A DNA stretch of 64,000 nt from Eledone cirrhosa. Its lineage: Eukaryota. Made by a program: the position numbers and the translations under genes. Location: NCBI GenBank assembly GCA_964016885.1, contig OZ024748.1, positions 59,210,001-59,274,000 on the forward strand, written 5' to 3'. Below, in pieces: positions 13,998 to 27,237 of this stretch; position 1 is the stretch's first letter, and every line of letters begins with the position of its first letter. Below the pieces are notes generated by a model. That model had not been told where the DNA came from and did not search any database. It saw only the letters and a list, made by a program, of their open reading frames with translations.

Positions 13998-16230
13998 TGT
14001 AATAAAAATCGTTAATTTAACCTCTAAAGAATTAACAGACCAAATCAACATTCTCTCCAAATGCCTAAAATTTATACCAACTCCCCAACGACCAAACTAC
14101 CCCGAAATGAAGAAAGATATTGCAGAATGCTGTAGAAAACTAAGACTCAGCGAGCAAATATACGACAAATACAATGAGGATGACTCAATAGCCAGAAATA
14201 GAAGCAACTACGCCCCACCAAAAGGCAATCACAAATTCCTCGATCAATTCTGCGAACACATTACTAATTACCCATACCACCACCTACACAGACATAAACA
14301 AAAACCAAAGCTAAGCAAAAAAGAATAGAATGGTCTTAACAGTCTAAAGAACGACAAAACCCTAACAATCAAAGAGGAAGATAAAGGGAGTGCAGTAGTC
14401 CTTATGAGGACAGATTACAACACGACTCTAGTACTCTCAACTCTAGAAAACCAAACATATTACGAAAAGGCCCAATACTACACACAACAGAAAATAATGA
14501 GAAACCTAAAATCCCTAACAACCCTTTACAAAGAAGGCCTTACCGACAAGGAATACAACTACATCACCAATTTCAAAAGCGGAACCAGCCTCTTCTACGG
14601 TATCCCAAAGACACACAAAAGCGAAGTAATAGGCAGGGCCTGCAAGCAAGCCAGACATTTACATCAATATACTCCCTCCTCGTGACCTTAAATTAAGACC
14701 CATAATAGCAGGTACCACATGTGAAACCCACCGCCTAAGCAACTCCCTAGATATTCTGCTTAAACCTTTCCTAAAACATATAAAAAGCTTCATAAGGGAC
14801 GACCTTGACATGCTCAACCACCTCCCAACAACACTTAATAATGAACATACCCTACTAGTAACCTTTGGTGTCATCAATTTATATTCCAATATCCCACACA
14901 ACCTAGGTATCAATACAATTCTGGCTTGAACATTCCCCTAGTAAACTTCCACAGCGCATCCCTTAAGAATTTGTGTTGGAGGGACTCAAATTCATCTTGG
15001 AAAACAACTTCTTCGAATTCGATACCAAATACTACAGACAGAAATCTGGGACTGCCATGGGCACGAAAGTAGCCCCTGATACGCCAACCTTGTCATGGGA
15101 TATTTGGAAACCATTCTCTACCGAAAAGTTCTAGATTAATACGGTAACCACTTCTACCTACACATAGAAAAAAACTGGAAGAGATATCTGGACGACTGCT
15201 TCATCCTCTGGCATGAAAGTATAGATAGACTGATTGAGTTTCAAACACTTCTAAATGGACTCAACACAAACTTACAATTTACAATGGATTACAGCCATGA
15301 ACAACTCCCTTTCCTCGACATCCTCATCAAGAAAACAAACAACAAAATAGAAACAGACATATACTACAAACCCACAGACTCCAAACAATATCTTCCATTC
15401 AACTCGTGCCACCCTCGCCATACCAAAATGGCAATTCTTTATAACCTAGCCAGAAGGATATGCACAATAGTTTCAGATAAATACACTTGCTACACACGAC
15501 TAGAAGAATTAAAAAACACACTTATCAGCAGAAACTACCCACCATCCTTAATCAACAATGGATTCCAACGTGCCCTAAAACTCAACATCCAGGAACTCAG
15601 ACACCCCAAACCCAGGAATGAACCGCAACAGAAAACTCTACCATACATCTTTACACACAACCCCCTCAACAATGAGGCATTCGACACCATCCTCCAGAAC
15701 ATTCCTTTACTAAAAAGAGACTCAAGAATGAACAAAAAACATCCTCACACAAACCAAAATACAACAAACCCTCACAATGAACCCTACAGTAAAATAATGC
15801 GGAAGGCCCAAATGTGGCATATGCATAAATATAATAGAAGGTTCAACATTCCATTTTAAACAAGGAGAAAATTTCACAGTTAAATACAACTTTACATGTG
15901 CATCTGAAAACCTAATCTATGTTTTGACCTGCTCAGGTTGTCAAGAGCACTACATAGGACAGACAAAAAACAGCCTCCGACAACGTATGACCGTCCATAG
16001 ATCACAAATCAAAATACAGGAATACAGAAAGAATGCGTTTAGTGAACATATCGCCAATTGTGCACCTAACCAACATCCAAACTTTAAAATTGTCCCTATT
16101 TACAAATTCATAGACAACGCTTCTTTCATCCATCGTACCAATAAGGAAACGTACTTCATTAACAAATTCCAACCTCTACTAAATGGACTAAACTTCGGAT
16201 TAAACTAAATCTGGAACGAACAATGAACCA
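13998..16230 (+). mobile_element. Penelope-like element (RT + GIY-YIG endonuclease), inactivated, Neptune-like
   Basis: IVNLTSKELT...KFIPTP; EEDKGSAVV; FYGIPKTHK; GTAMGT; YLDDCF; LPFLDILI...YYKPTDSKQYL..SCHP; Cys linker CGRPKCGIC; NLIYVLTCSGCQEHYIGQT..LRQRM..H. Broken by stops and frameshifts; flanked by microsatellites. Confidence 0.92.
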
Positions 16231-16293
16231 ATACGCGTATATACATATGTATATACGCGTATATATACATATGTATATTCATATATATACGCG

Positions 16294-16383
<90 letters not shown>

Positions 16384-16434
16384 CATAGATATACATATAC
16401 ATATATATATATATACATATATATATACACACAC

Positions 16435-16518
<84 letters not shown>

Positions 16519-16580
16519 TTCCCTGTGTTATTGATGGCGCACTATCTCTCTCTCTAGTGTGTTACCTTTTCAACATATTG

Positions 16581-16624
<44 letters not shown>

Positions 16625-17357
16625 TATATACACATACAGATATATATATATATATACACATATACATGTATACATACATATATATATATATATTGGGGCG
16701 GGGGCAATGTCCGTATATTTGAAAAGGATAAAAGGAAAGCAGTGTTCAATCGCCAAAAGAGCAGAAATATATATTTATTTATGTTCATACACGGAACAAA
16801 GCCGCTACCTAAGGTTTCATGGCCCCAATTTGACCATACTTCCAGAAAACAAGAGCTATCATAGGTACTAATACAAGTTTATAAGATACTGTTAAAAGCA
16901 GGGGCCTCATTTGCCTTAAAAATGTGAGGCGGACAAACCAACATTTGTTGAAGTATGTTAGTATTGCTTATTGTGCCTTTCCTGGGCCCTATCACATAAG
17001 TAAAATTTTACACTAATTAAATTTGATATATTCAAATGAAGGTCGGATATAAAAAAATAAGCTTAAAAAGTATTTATCATATCAAATAAACAAAAAATAA
17101 AACATAGACGTTTGAAAAAGTGTGGAGGACTTGTCCCCTGGTACCTCCCTGAAACAAGGCCCTTGGTTAAAAGTATCTTATTATTTTATTGTTTTAATTA
17201 TTTTACTTGTTTTGCTCATTGGACTGCGGCCATGCTGGGGTGTCATATAGAGGGATCCCCTGTACTTATTATTTTCAAGACTGCTACTTATGTTATCGTA
17301 GAAACGCCGTATATCAATGCGGTGCCCCTGTGACTTCCTCGGTAGTTACGGAATTAT

Positions 17358-17401
<44 letters not shown>

Positions 17402-17479
17402 GTATATATAGAAGACAACACTTGCTCAATGCGACAGTCCGGCTGGTTGCGAAACCCCATGGTTGGGTGCAATTTCCTT

Positions 17480-18150
17480 AACCACACAGCCATCTTGAAA
17501 CCCCATAGTTCTGAAAAGATCTTAATCACACAGCCATCACGAAACACCATAGTTCAGGAAAGATCTTAATCACACAGCCATCACGAAACACCATCGTTCT
17601 GGAAAGATCTTAGTCACACAGCAATCACGAAACACCATAGTTCAGGAAAGATCTTAGTCACACAGCCATCACGAAACACCATAGTTCAGGAAAGATCTTA
17701 GTCACACAGCCATCACGAAACACCATGGTTCTGGAAAGATCTTAGTCACACAGCCATCACGAAACACCATGGTTCTGGAAAGATCTTAATCACACAACCA
17801 TCACGAAACACCATAGTTCTGGAAAGATCTTAATCACACAGCCATCACGAAACACCATGGTTCTGGAAAGATCTTAGTCACACAGCCATCACGAAACACC
17901 ATAGTTCAGGAAAGATCTTAATTATACAGCCATCCCGAAACCACAAGGCTGGGAAACAATTTCCTTAACACACAGCCATCTCGAAACCCCAATGTTGTGA
18001 AGAGATCTCCCTCACCGCACAACCGTCTCGAAATGTATTTAAAGCGATTTCCTTGACCACACAGCCATCTTGTAACTCCAAAGTTCTGGAAAGATCTCCT
18101 TAACCACACAGCCATCTTGTAACTCCATAGTTCTGGAAAGATCTCCTTAA
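17480..18150. repeat. 44-bp minisatellite
   Basis: Unit cacacagccatcacgaaacaccatagttctggaaagatcttaat; ~10 conserved plus degenerate edge copies. Confidence 0.93.
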
Positions 18151-20092
18151 TAGCCATGCTTGTAGCCATCATCCTTACGGGGTCGATAAAATAAGGTACC
18201 AGTAATGCACTGGAGTAATTGCTGACCTTGTGCCAAAAGTATAAACAATTATTAAAACTTTCTTTCCTAGTTCTGTAACGATATACTGAGATCGATTCAA
18301 AGGAATGTTTTTTGGGGGGAGGGAGCTAAACTATTTTTTTATTGTTTCCAGGAACTAATTGCTTGTTTGTTTGTTTTGTTTTTGTTGTATGTTTTTTTTT
18401 TCTGTTTTCTTTCTCTTCAGACTGGTGAGACACAACATATAACACCAGCAAGATTTGAACCTCAGACATAACTTAGATATAGAAAAGTTATTGGGGGTAT
18501 CTTTCGTGGGTTTTTTTGTTTCTGTTTTGTTTTCCTCGAGACATCAGTGCATAATATATATCAAATAAGGGCAACTTGTAAAAATAAGCTTATGGTGTAA
18601 ATTTTAATACAAGGAAGGAAACGAAAATTAATCATTTCCGTAAAGGTTAACAAATGTCCCAAATAATCTTTGACATTTAAGTAGAGTTCCTAGTCTCACC
18701 GAACAGTGACCTATAATTATAGCGTAGTTTGCCTAAGTCAATATATTTTAACATCAGGGTACGGGTGATGTTGAGCGAGGTTGTAGTACACCGGGATAAA
18801 CGACATACAATAAATATTTAGTTTCGATAAACCTGTTTCATAGTCATATGGTGTGTGTGAGGTGTGAGTAAGTGTGTGTGTGTGTGTGTGTATGTGTACT
18901 TGATTAAGAGTGTGTGTGTGTGTGTGTAAGAGAGTCTGTGTGTGTATGTCTGCTTCATTAAGAGTGTGTGTGGGGGGCCTCTATGAGAAAGAGAGTGTGT
19001 GTGTGTATGAGAGAGAGAGTAAAAGTGTGTGTGTATGCACAGCATAATGTCCGACACTCTAACGATACTGCCAATCCGCAGCCCTATAATAATAGTAATA
19101 ATTGTTTCTACTTTTGGCACAAGGCCAGCAATTACCCCAGTGCATTACTGGTACTTTATTTTATCGACCCTATAAGGATGAAAGGTAAAGTTAACCTCGG
19201 CGGGATTTGAACTCAGATCATAAAGGTCCATAACTCTATGCTGCACAGAATTGCGGCGGACCCTCTACCGATACTGCCAATCAACAGCCCTATAATAATG
19301 GTTTCTTATATAGGCACCAGGCCAGCAATTTGGGGAGAGGGGAAAGTCGTTTAAATCGACCCCAGTGCATTACTGGTACTTTATTTTATTGACCCTGTAA
19401 GGATGAAAGGCATAGTTAACCTCGGTCGGATTTGAACTCAGATCACAAAGGGCCGTAACTCTATGCCACAAAGTATGGTGTCTGACCCTCTACCAATACT
19501 GCCAATCCACCGACCTTTATAATATTAGTAATAATAACCATCTCTGCAAGATACACAAAAAATAGAACTGATTCCCGCTGTCCATGGCCTGGGAAGAGCA
19601 TTAAGTTAATTACTTTGCAAAGACATTTATTGTGTTTTTTGCCCGTACCGCATCATTTGTACGACAATTGATTGTATCAGATTTAGCCTCAGGTGTCAGG
19701 TTGACTCCTGGCAACGTATGAGAAAGAAGCAGAATTTAGGAGGTTTTAAATAATGGTTTCTTATATAGGCACAAGGCCAGCAATATTGTGGGGAGGGGAA
19801 AGTCGATTAAATCAACCCAGTGCATGACTGGTACTTTATTTTATTGACCCCGTAATAATGAAAGGCAAAGTTTACTTCGGCGGGATTTGAATTTGAATTC
19901 AGACCGTAAAGAGGCTTAACTCTATGCTGGAAAGCATGGCGTTCGACCCTCTAACAATACTGCCAATCCACCGCCTAAGGAAGTTTCAAATAATAATAAC
20001 AACAACAACAACAAAAACAACAACAATGCATCACTAATTAGTGATTGATAAATTATCCAGAATGAATATAGACTCATTTAATATGTCTGTCA

Positions 20093-21018
20093 CAGAGGTT
20101 CTCAAAGTGGGCGCTACCGTACCCCTGGGGGTGGGAAAAGATCCTGGGGTGCACTGGAGCCTAATGGGGCGGTAGAGATGATATAATAGTACAGGGTGGT
20201 TCGAAAGTCTTGTCACCCCTTGTCACATATTCTTTTAACTTTCATTTTTTTTTTTTTTTTTAACAATATAATATATAATATCATTAATTATAATATATTA
20301 ACTTTGCCTTTCATCCTTACGGGGTCGATAAAATAAAGTACCAGTAATACACTGGGTTATTGCTGGCCTTGTGCCTAACGTAGAAACAATTAATTATAAT
20401 ATATAATAATTGTTTCTACGTTAGGCACAAGGCCAGCAATTACCCAGTGTATTACTGGTACTTTATTTTATCGACCCCGTAAGGATGAAAGGCAAAGTCA
20501 ACCTCGGCGGGATTTGAACTCAGAATTATAATATATAATAATAATAATAATATAATTTTCTATTTCAGAGCTCCTACAGTTTGGAAGAGAGGCTGCTTGC
20601 AAGTGTATGGACACAAGATCGTGTGCATTCTGGTAAGAGCATGGAGGATGTGCGACATGACTTCACTGCAAGATTCGGGAAAGCAGCTCCTCCGAAGAAG
20701 ACGATACTGCGACGGGAACATAAACTGTTTCTCATTACTTTTTGGTAGGGAGTGACAATACTTTCGGACCACCCTGTACATTATATATCAAATGATACAT
20801 AATATATACAAATATAGTAAAATAAACAATATATATAATATTTATTTATATATAGTATATAATATATTATTTTTTATATATGAACTAACGATTTTATTTA
20901 TTATATATTATTTACAATTTGCGATTAGGCAGGTCTCTCTGGAAATAGGGGTGGCGCGTTGAGGGTATTACGTGTCCCTGAGGTGGATGGGCTGGCCCAA
21001 AATGTTTGAGAACCTCTG
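20093..21018. mobile_element. Non-autonomous hAT-like DNA transposon
   Basis: Terminal inverted repeats CAGAGGTTCTCAAA / TTTGAGAACCTCTG. Flanking 8-mers gtctgtca / ttctatca match at 6/8 (decayed TSD). Confidence 0.75.
20192..20776 (+). mobile_element. Internally deleted Tc1/mariner element nested in the hAT
   Basis: TA-cagggtggttcgaaagtcttgtcac ... gtgacaatactttcggaccaccctg-TA. Remnant LEERLLASVW...VRHDFTARFGKAAPPKKTILRREHKLF resembles a DUF4817-type transposase HTH. Confidence 0.8.
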
Positions 21019-22037
21019 TTCTATCAGGTAGTCTTCTATATGAAAACAAAATATAATTATAAGACAATTTAATTCATAAAAATGACATCCATCAAGTCCG
21101 ACAAAGCTTTAGTACAAAAATTATATCTTTCTATCAATATAATATTTACCGCGCATAACAACTTTCCTTAGTTTTCAAATATTGTTTCCGAGGAGGAGAA
21201 ACTTGGGGTAGCTTTGCTTTCTGCATTTCCGGATAAGTATGAAGGCTGTATTTATTTTTGTTTTGTTTTTAAGGAAGACTGTGAAGTTGTACGTTACAGA
21301 TTTAGTGCTAAATTAAATACTTCACGGAATTCTGGAAGAAAAGTGTTGTAATATTCGTACTTTTCTCGTGAGTACGCCAGATACGTTAAAAGTGGAAATG
21401 TTGTTGTCTCGTCCTCCATTTGTAGCTTTGTTTTAGTTTAATTCCTCGTGATTCTGAGTTCAAATCCTGTCGATGTCAACTTCAGGTTTCATTTTTCCGG
21501 AGTTGGTAAAATATACAATATTAAAACGGGTTTAATTCAGTTGACTATATTTTCCTTCCAATCACAATATATCCATATAAAATATACCAAAAGTAAGGAA
21601 TCGAAATAAAAGAGATAATATCGGACTAAACTTTATCTAATCCAAATTCGTCCTTCTACATTAAGAATTCACATACAAACGAAACAAAGTTCGGCATCTT
21701 CTCTCTGAAATTACTAAAAGGACTTTCAGTACAACAATTGTTTCTACTTTTTGGCACAAGGCCAGCAATTACTCAGTGCATTACTGGTACTTTATTTTAT
21801 CGACCCCGTAAGGATGAAAGGCAAAGTTAACCTCGACGGGATTGGAACTCAGAATGGCAAGGGACGTAACTCTATGCATCAAAGCATGGCGTCCAACCCT
21901 CTACCGATTCTGCCAATCCTCCGAATATAATGAGATCGATTCAAATCAACAACACACTTATGTAAATAATGTATTTTCTTTGTGTTTGATCAAAGGAAAG
22001 CAATATGAGACTAGCACAACAAATATCAATATCTATG

Positions 22038-22425
22038 TTGTGGTATGGTATGGTGTGGTGTGGTGTGGTGTGGTATGGTGTGGTATGGTATGGTGGGGTG
22101 TCGTATGGTGTGGTGTGGTGTGGTGTGGTGTGGTGTGGTGTGGTGTGGTATGGTGTGGTATGGTGTGGTGTGGTGTGGTGTGGTATGGTGTGGTATGGTA
22201 TGGTGTGGTGTCGTATGGTGTGGTATGGTATAGTATGGTGTGGTGTGGTGTGGTGTGGTATGGTGTGGTATGGTGTGGTATGGTATGGTATGGTGTGGTA
22301 TGGTATGGTGTCGTATGGTGTGGTATGGTATGGTATAGTATGGTGTGGTTTGGTATGGTATGGTGTGGTATGGTGTGGTATGGTGCGGTATGGTGTGGTA
22401 TGGTGTGGTATGGTGTGGTATGGAA
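22038..22425. repeat. (TGGTG/TGGTA)n pentanucleotide repeat
   Basis: Direct reading. Confidence 0.95.
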
Positions 22426-22509
22426 TAGTATCAATAATAGTTAAAATAACTGTTATGTCTTCAATACCAGTTGCATAACTGTTAAACTAACGGTAACGGT
22501 TAAATTACT

Positions 22510-22940
22510 GTTATACCATCAACAACGTATGTTACATTAACAGATATCTTAATCCAGCATCTATATATAACGTCAACAGATGTTACACTAACAGATATCT
22601 TAACCTAACATCTATATATCATCAACAGGTGTTACACTAATAGATATCTTAACCTAAGATCTATATATAGCGTCAACAGATGTTACACTAACAGATATTT
22701 TAACCTAACATCTGTATATAGCGTCAACGGTTGTTATACTGACAGATGTCTTACAGATATCTTAATCCAGCATTTATATATAACGTCAACAGTTGTTATA
22801 CTGACAGATGTCTTAATCCAGTATCTATACATAACATTAAAAGATGTTACTCTAACAGATATCTTAACCTAACATCTGTATATAGCGTCAACAGATGTGA
22901 CTATAACAGATAGTTTAAACCAACACCTGTATATAGTTAC
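22510..22940. repeat. ~50-bp degenerate minisatellite
   Basis: About 8 copies of caacagatgttacactaacagatatcttaacctaacatctatatatagcgt. Confidence 0.85.
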
Positions 22941-23171
22941 AATGCAAAAAAAATAATAACATCATGTAAAATAGATAGAAATAAAGATAACTAAATATAG
23001 TAATTAATATGTTATCGTCAGTGCTAGAATATGTTAATGAGGATATTTTTACTCTACGATACGTTTACAGTGTGTTGTTGGTAGAATCAATGCCATTAAA
23101 TTATACAGAGAGAGAGAGAGGGGGGAGAGATTTACCGAAAACCACAGAATTTGACATGATAACATTAAAAC

Positions 23172-23177
23172 TTTATT
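23172..23177 (-). promoter_or_regulatory. Candidate polyadenylation signal of the SK gene
   Basis: AATAAA on the minus strand ~225 nt after the stop codon, followed by U/GU-rich sequence. Confidence 0.4.
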
Positions 23178-23402
23178 AAAATTGTTCAAACTTGATATTA
23201 GCTCTAAGATAACGAAATTCGTAGTGATTAAACCACAATATGCGTGGTTTAAAGAGTCTGTTGCTGAGATTTAATAATAGCATTCATGGAAAAATACTCT
23301 AAAATAGAGCTAATAATGTGTGAGGCAATTCTGGTGCTAGTTAATTCTTTTTTAAATTCCAGGAAGTTAATTTTTAAAATTTCAGGATGTCTCTAAATAC
23401 AT

Positions 23403-24803
23403 TTATTTTCCTAGTAATAAATTATGTATTGCATCAAGTTTATCATTTATTTGGTTTGTGCTAGTCTCTAGAGAAATCACCCTCTCACGGATGATGTTTT
23501 GTTTACAGTTCAACTCATCTATCATACGAAGTGCGTTTTCCAAAGCCTTACTCAACTCTACTAAACCAATGGCACTTTCTTTCAGTGTAATATTTTCGCT
23601 CTTGGCATCCCGCATTAGTTGAATAGATTGCATTAACTTGCTTCTGTGTTTTATAGTATTTGTGTATGTGTTTGCACTGATAGAACCTATTAAACTAGTG
23701 GGAGTCAACCGCTGCTCAGAGAATTTCTTGCCTTTCTGCAGACACCATAAAAACATTACCTGTTTCACAACATCTGCAGCCGCGTTTCTATAACATTTAT
23801 CCAGATGTGCTCGGGTCACAAAGTTGTGGACATATTTCTCAGCTCTGGTCTGTTCAATTTTCTTAGCAATAACTGCTACAAGTAGAGCCGTAGTTCCAAC
23901 GCCCATTAATCCGGTACAAACACAAATGAACTGACCACACGCACTGTTTGGTGTGACATCTCCGTAACCAACTGTAAGAAATGTAATTGCTATCAGCCAC
24001 ATTGAGTTGGAAAAATTATTCTCGTTTTTACTTGCGTAGTAAAACTCACAAGTTTTCATTGCCCAGCTATCCACAAAGAACATGATTATCATTATAGCTA
24101 TCAATGTGGTACCTGGTTTTGTGTACATCAAAGCTTTGAATATAAAAGGAGAGTTAATTTTCACTTTGTTGAGTGCACCGAGACTCTGTGTAGATGTGTC
24201 ACTGTATAATTTACTATGTATAACCATAAATTTACCAACGATGTATAGTCGTAACAACATCAAGATTGATAGAAATGGATCGAGACTGACCATTTTATTT
24301 TCACCATCTTTTAAAGATAATTCTATTTGGATACTGATCGGTGGAGGGTGTATAGCACATATAATCAGTTCCGTACACACTTTTATATATGTACTTGTGT
24401 TGATAGCCAATCGCCATTCTTCCAAACCGTTTGCAGTCATTCTTAAACGTATACCTGTTACATGGTAAAGGATTATTGCACCTAATAACGCTAATGTTGA
24501 AAGAGAGATAATAAATTTGATAGAAAATGATATTATAGATGATTTCGTATAGTAATTTCTCGAATGTAATTCTGTTTCTATTAACATTAAAATGATTCCA
24601 AACATAGCAAGAGAAAACTCAACGTTCACAATTCGTCGTCGCTGGCGAAACAACTTCTTTCGTTGACTCAAACGACGACTGATATCTTCAAATGTTTTCG
24701 TCACATTATTTGAAGCCACAGAAGCTGGTTTTTCTTCCACATATTTTCTGTATTTTACTGCTCGGGATATCAATGGCAAATCATGAAATCTGGGCTTACT
24801 CAT
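23403..24803 (-). CDS. SK: Small-conductance Ca2+-activated K+ channel (SK/KCNN-like), 466 aa, single coding exon
   Basis: S1 FSLAMFGIILMLIETEL; CAIHPPP; S4 LMLLRLY..HSKL..SLGALNKV; pore SMWLIAITFLTVGYGDVTP; S6 GLMGVGTTALLVAVIAKK; CaM-binding TRAEKYVHNF..NAAADVVK; C-terminal coiled coil. The true start is ttcaccATG at 24803, just after a pyrimidine-rich acceptor (tttccag). The upstream ORF extension is repeat sequence. Confidence 0.93.
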   Translation of the reverse strand: MSKPRFHDLPLISRAVKYRKYVEEKPASVASNNVTKTFEDISRRLSQRKKLFRQRRRIVNVEFSLAMFGIILMLIETELHSRNYYTKSSIISFSIKFIISLSTLALLGAIILYHVTGIRLRMTANGLEEWRLAINTSTYIKVCTELIICAIHPPPISIQIELSLKDGENKMVSLDPFLSILMLLRLYIVGKFMVIHSKLYSDTSTQSLGALNKVKINSPFIFKALMYTKPGTTLIAIMIIMFFVDSWAMKTCEFYYASKNENNFSNSMWLIAITFLTVGYGDVTPNSACGQFICVCTGLMGVGTTALLVAVIAKKIEQTRAEKYVHNFVTRAHLDKCYRNAAADVVKQVMFLWCLQKGKKFSEQRLTPTSLIGSISANTYTNTIKHRSKLMQSIQLMRDAKSENITLKESAIGLVELSKALENALRMIDELNCKQNIIRERVISLETSTNQINDKLDAIHNLLLGK

Positions 24804-24874
24804 GGTGAACTGGAAATAGATATGAAAATAATTAATAGATAAATAAACAAACAGAAAAATATATAAAGAAAGAA

Positions 24875-24931
<57 letters not shown>

Positions 24932-24936
<5 letters not shown>

Positions 24937-25225
24937 ATAATAATAAATTTGAAGACTAAAATCCAAAGAGGGCTCGATAAGGATAAATATATATCAAATA
25001 TATAAGAACCGTAGAGCAAATATTTATTAAAATAACAGCTTAAAGTTTAAGCAAAGAATCGATGCTGAAACGAGTCAGGACCCCGACGGCTGAGCTCCGG
25101 CCGTTTCGACAGCTAGTTATGAACTCTTTTCCTATTACCCGCTCTACTACCCATAGTATCGAGTACTCTATTGAGTTATGGTCCACCTGGTTCTTTACCA
25201 CACTTCCTTCGTTATATATATATAA
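24932..25225. mobile_element. Penelope-type terminal fragments just upstream of the SK coding exon
   Basis: 24932-25035 is the reverse complement of the tails at 26560-26660 and 45470-45565. 25070-25215 matches 62500-62630 and 43880-43965 and carries a hammerhead 3' half (GAAA cggc...gccg TC). Confidence 0.6.
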
Positions 25226-25846
25226 ATATTTACACATACACCAATTAAACAAAGTCACAGATATATATGTGTTTTGGCACCCATTCACGATGTGGCTCAA
25301 TGAAGAATTAATGAATTAAATAATCAGAGCAAAATACTATAAAGTAAAGCATGTCCAGAGAATTATTTCATAATATCTATACATCATTTCTTCTCCAAAT
25401 TCGCATAATTAACCACACAAAAAAATCAATTAGACCAGGCTTTAAGATTAAAAGGCACCTATGAAGAAACAGTAAATAAATACACGACAGCGGCGTCTAC
25501 GCGGCCAACAGCTATAGAATATTTACCCAACATTTCAACAGGACGTGGATATATATATATATGTATAAATATATATATATGTGTGAGTGTATGTGTGTGT
25601 GTGTGCATAAGTTTAAATGCCAAAATCTCCAGGAATTGAACCCACGATATTATGCTTGTAAGTTCAATAACCTAACCACTAATATTATATACGATTTTAC
25701 AGTTTTATATATAGTATTGTGAAGGCGCGTGGCTTAGTGTTGTGATATACGGTTCATGATCGTAAGGTCATAAGTTCGATTACCGAGGTGATAAACAGGC
25801 GATACTCTAGAATAACAAGACTCACTATTTAGCGTTAACAAAATGA

Positions 25847-25982
<136 letters not shown>

Positions 25983-26234
25983 ATAGCGGATAAAATTCCC
26001 GAGATTCATGTTGTGGATATGACATTAAACTACATCCAATGAAAAGGCTCCATTTCGGGAGTTCAGGAGCTGTGGCGAATGGGAAGTTACCGCTTAGTTG
26101 TTATCACTCCCAGGTCTGCTCTGGCTCGGAGTGGTAGTACCTGTTAGGGCCCCATTTAGGGGTTAAATAATTATCTTACTCGATTGGCGCCGGTAACGTA
26201 TTATCAGCCATTGAAAAGAAATATATATATATAC

Positions 26235-26283
<49 letters not shown>

Positions 26284-26356
26284 GGTAGAACACTGGAGGG
26301 TAATATCCATGGGACGAGTTTGGTAGAAGTAGTAACACAACAGTTCGTTCACCATA

Positions 26357-26395
26357 TCGAGAACAATTGTTTCACCTTGCCGATCTTCAGCTCGG
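26357..26395 (-). ncRNA. Type I hammerhead ribozyme, left arm of palindrome (stem II weakened)
   Basis: ccgag CTGAAGA tcggcaaggt GAAA caattg TT ctcga. Confidence 0.55.
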
Positions 26396-26469
26396 AGTGA
26401 TAATGGTTATACGGAACAGGAAAAGGAACTAACTGTTACCTTTTCCTGTTCCGTATAACCATTATCACT

Positions 26470-26508
26470 CCGAGCTGAAGATCCGCAAGGTGAAACAATT
26501 GTTCTCGG
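26470..26508 (+). ncRNA. Type I hammerhead ribozyme, minimal
   Basis: ccgag CTGAAGA t-cc-gcaa-gg-t GAAA caattg TT ctcgg. GNRA-capped stem II and palindromic stem III. Confidence 0.78.
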
Positions 26509-26657
26509 TATGGTTTAAGCAAAGAATCGCTGCTTTCACCCTTAACGGGATCTTCTGGTTATTTTAATAAATATTTGCTCTACGGTTCTTATATATTTGA
26601 TATATATTTATCCTTATCGAGCCCTCTTTGGATTTTAGTCTTCAAACTTATTATTAT

Positions 26658-26722
<65 letters not shown>

Positions 26723-27198
26723 TATTGTGCTATGTTGTGATATTAATTTTCAAAAATATTTGTATCTTTACTGACAGTAAAATAATATAATTTATAAAAA
26801 TTATTATGTATTTAGTTTTCAGCGTGGTTTACAAACGAGATAATATCAGAGAGTTTCAAAATACATTACACCGGATTCCGTAGCTGCGAGGGGTTTGCTA
26901 GGTATGTTTTTCTTCGGTTTATTTGTTTGTTGTAGTTTTACTTTGAATTGCTACTTTCAATGTTTTGATATTAAATACAAAATAAAGAGAGAAGAGCTAC
27001 AGAAACGTATCACGATTCAATATATTGCCCCCAAAGGAAATTCTCTGAATATGAGGATTGGTGATAGGTTGGTTAGCTGGTTAGCTGGTTGGTTGGTTGG
27101 CTGGTTCGTTGGTTGGGTGGTTGGTTGGTTGTTTGGTTAATTCATTGATTCGTTGGTTGATTGGTTGGATGGTTAGTAGGCATTTTGAGTAATTTGTT

Positions 27199-27237
<39 letters not shown>

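Noticed and set aside
17480-18150. CRISPR-like appearance of regular repeats (also 50553 and 57404)
   Set aside because: Units are head-to-tail with no unique spacers, there are no cas genes, and the context is eukaryotic.
24804-25019. N-terminal extension of the 538-aa SK ORF
   Set aside because: It runs through (TA)n and a dispersed repeat also present at 26575 and ~45480. A splice acceptor and a good ATG context sit at 24803-24811.
25720-25790. Possible tRNA genes (also ~5945, ~35630, ~37845)
   Set aside because: Only degenerate A/B-box SINE heads; no complete cloverleaf.
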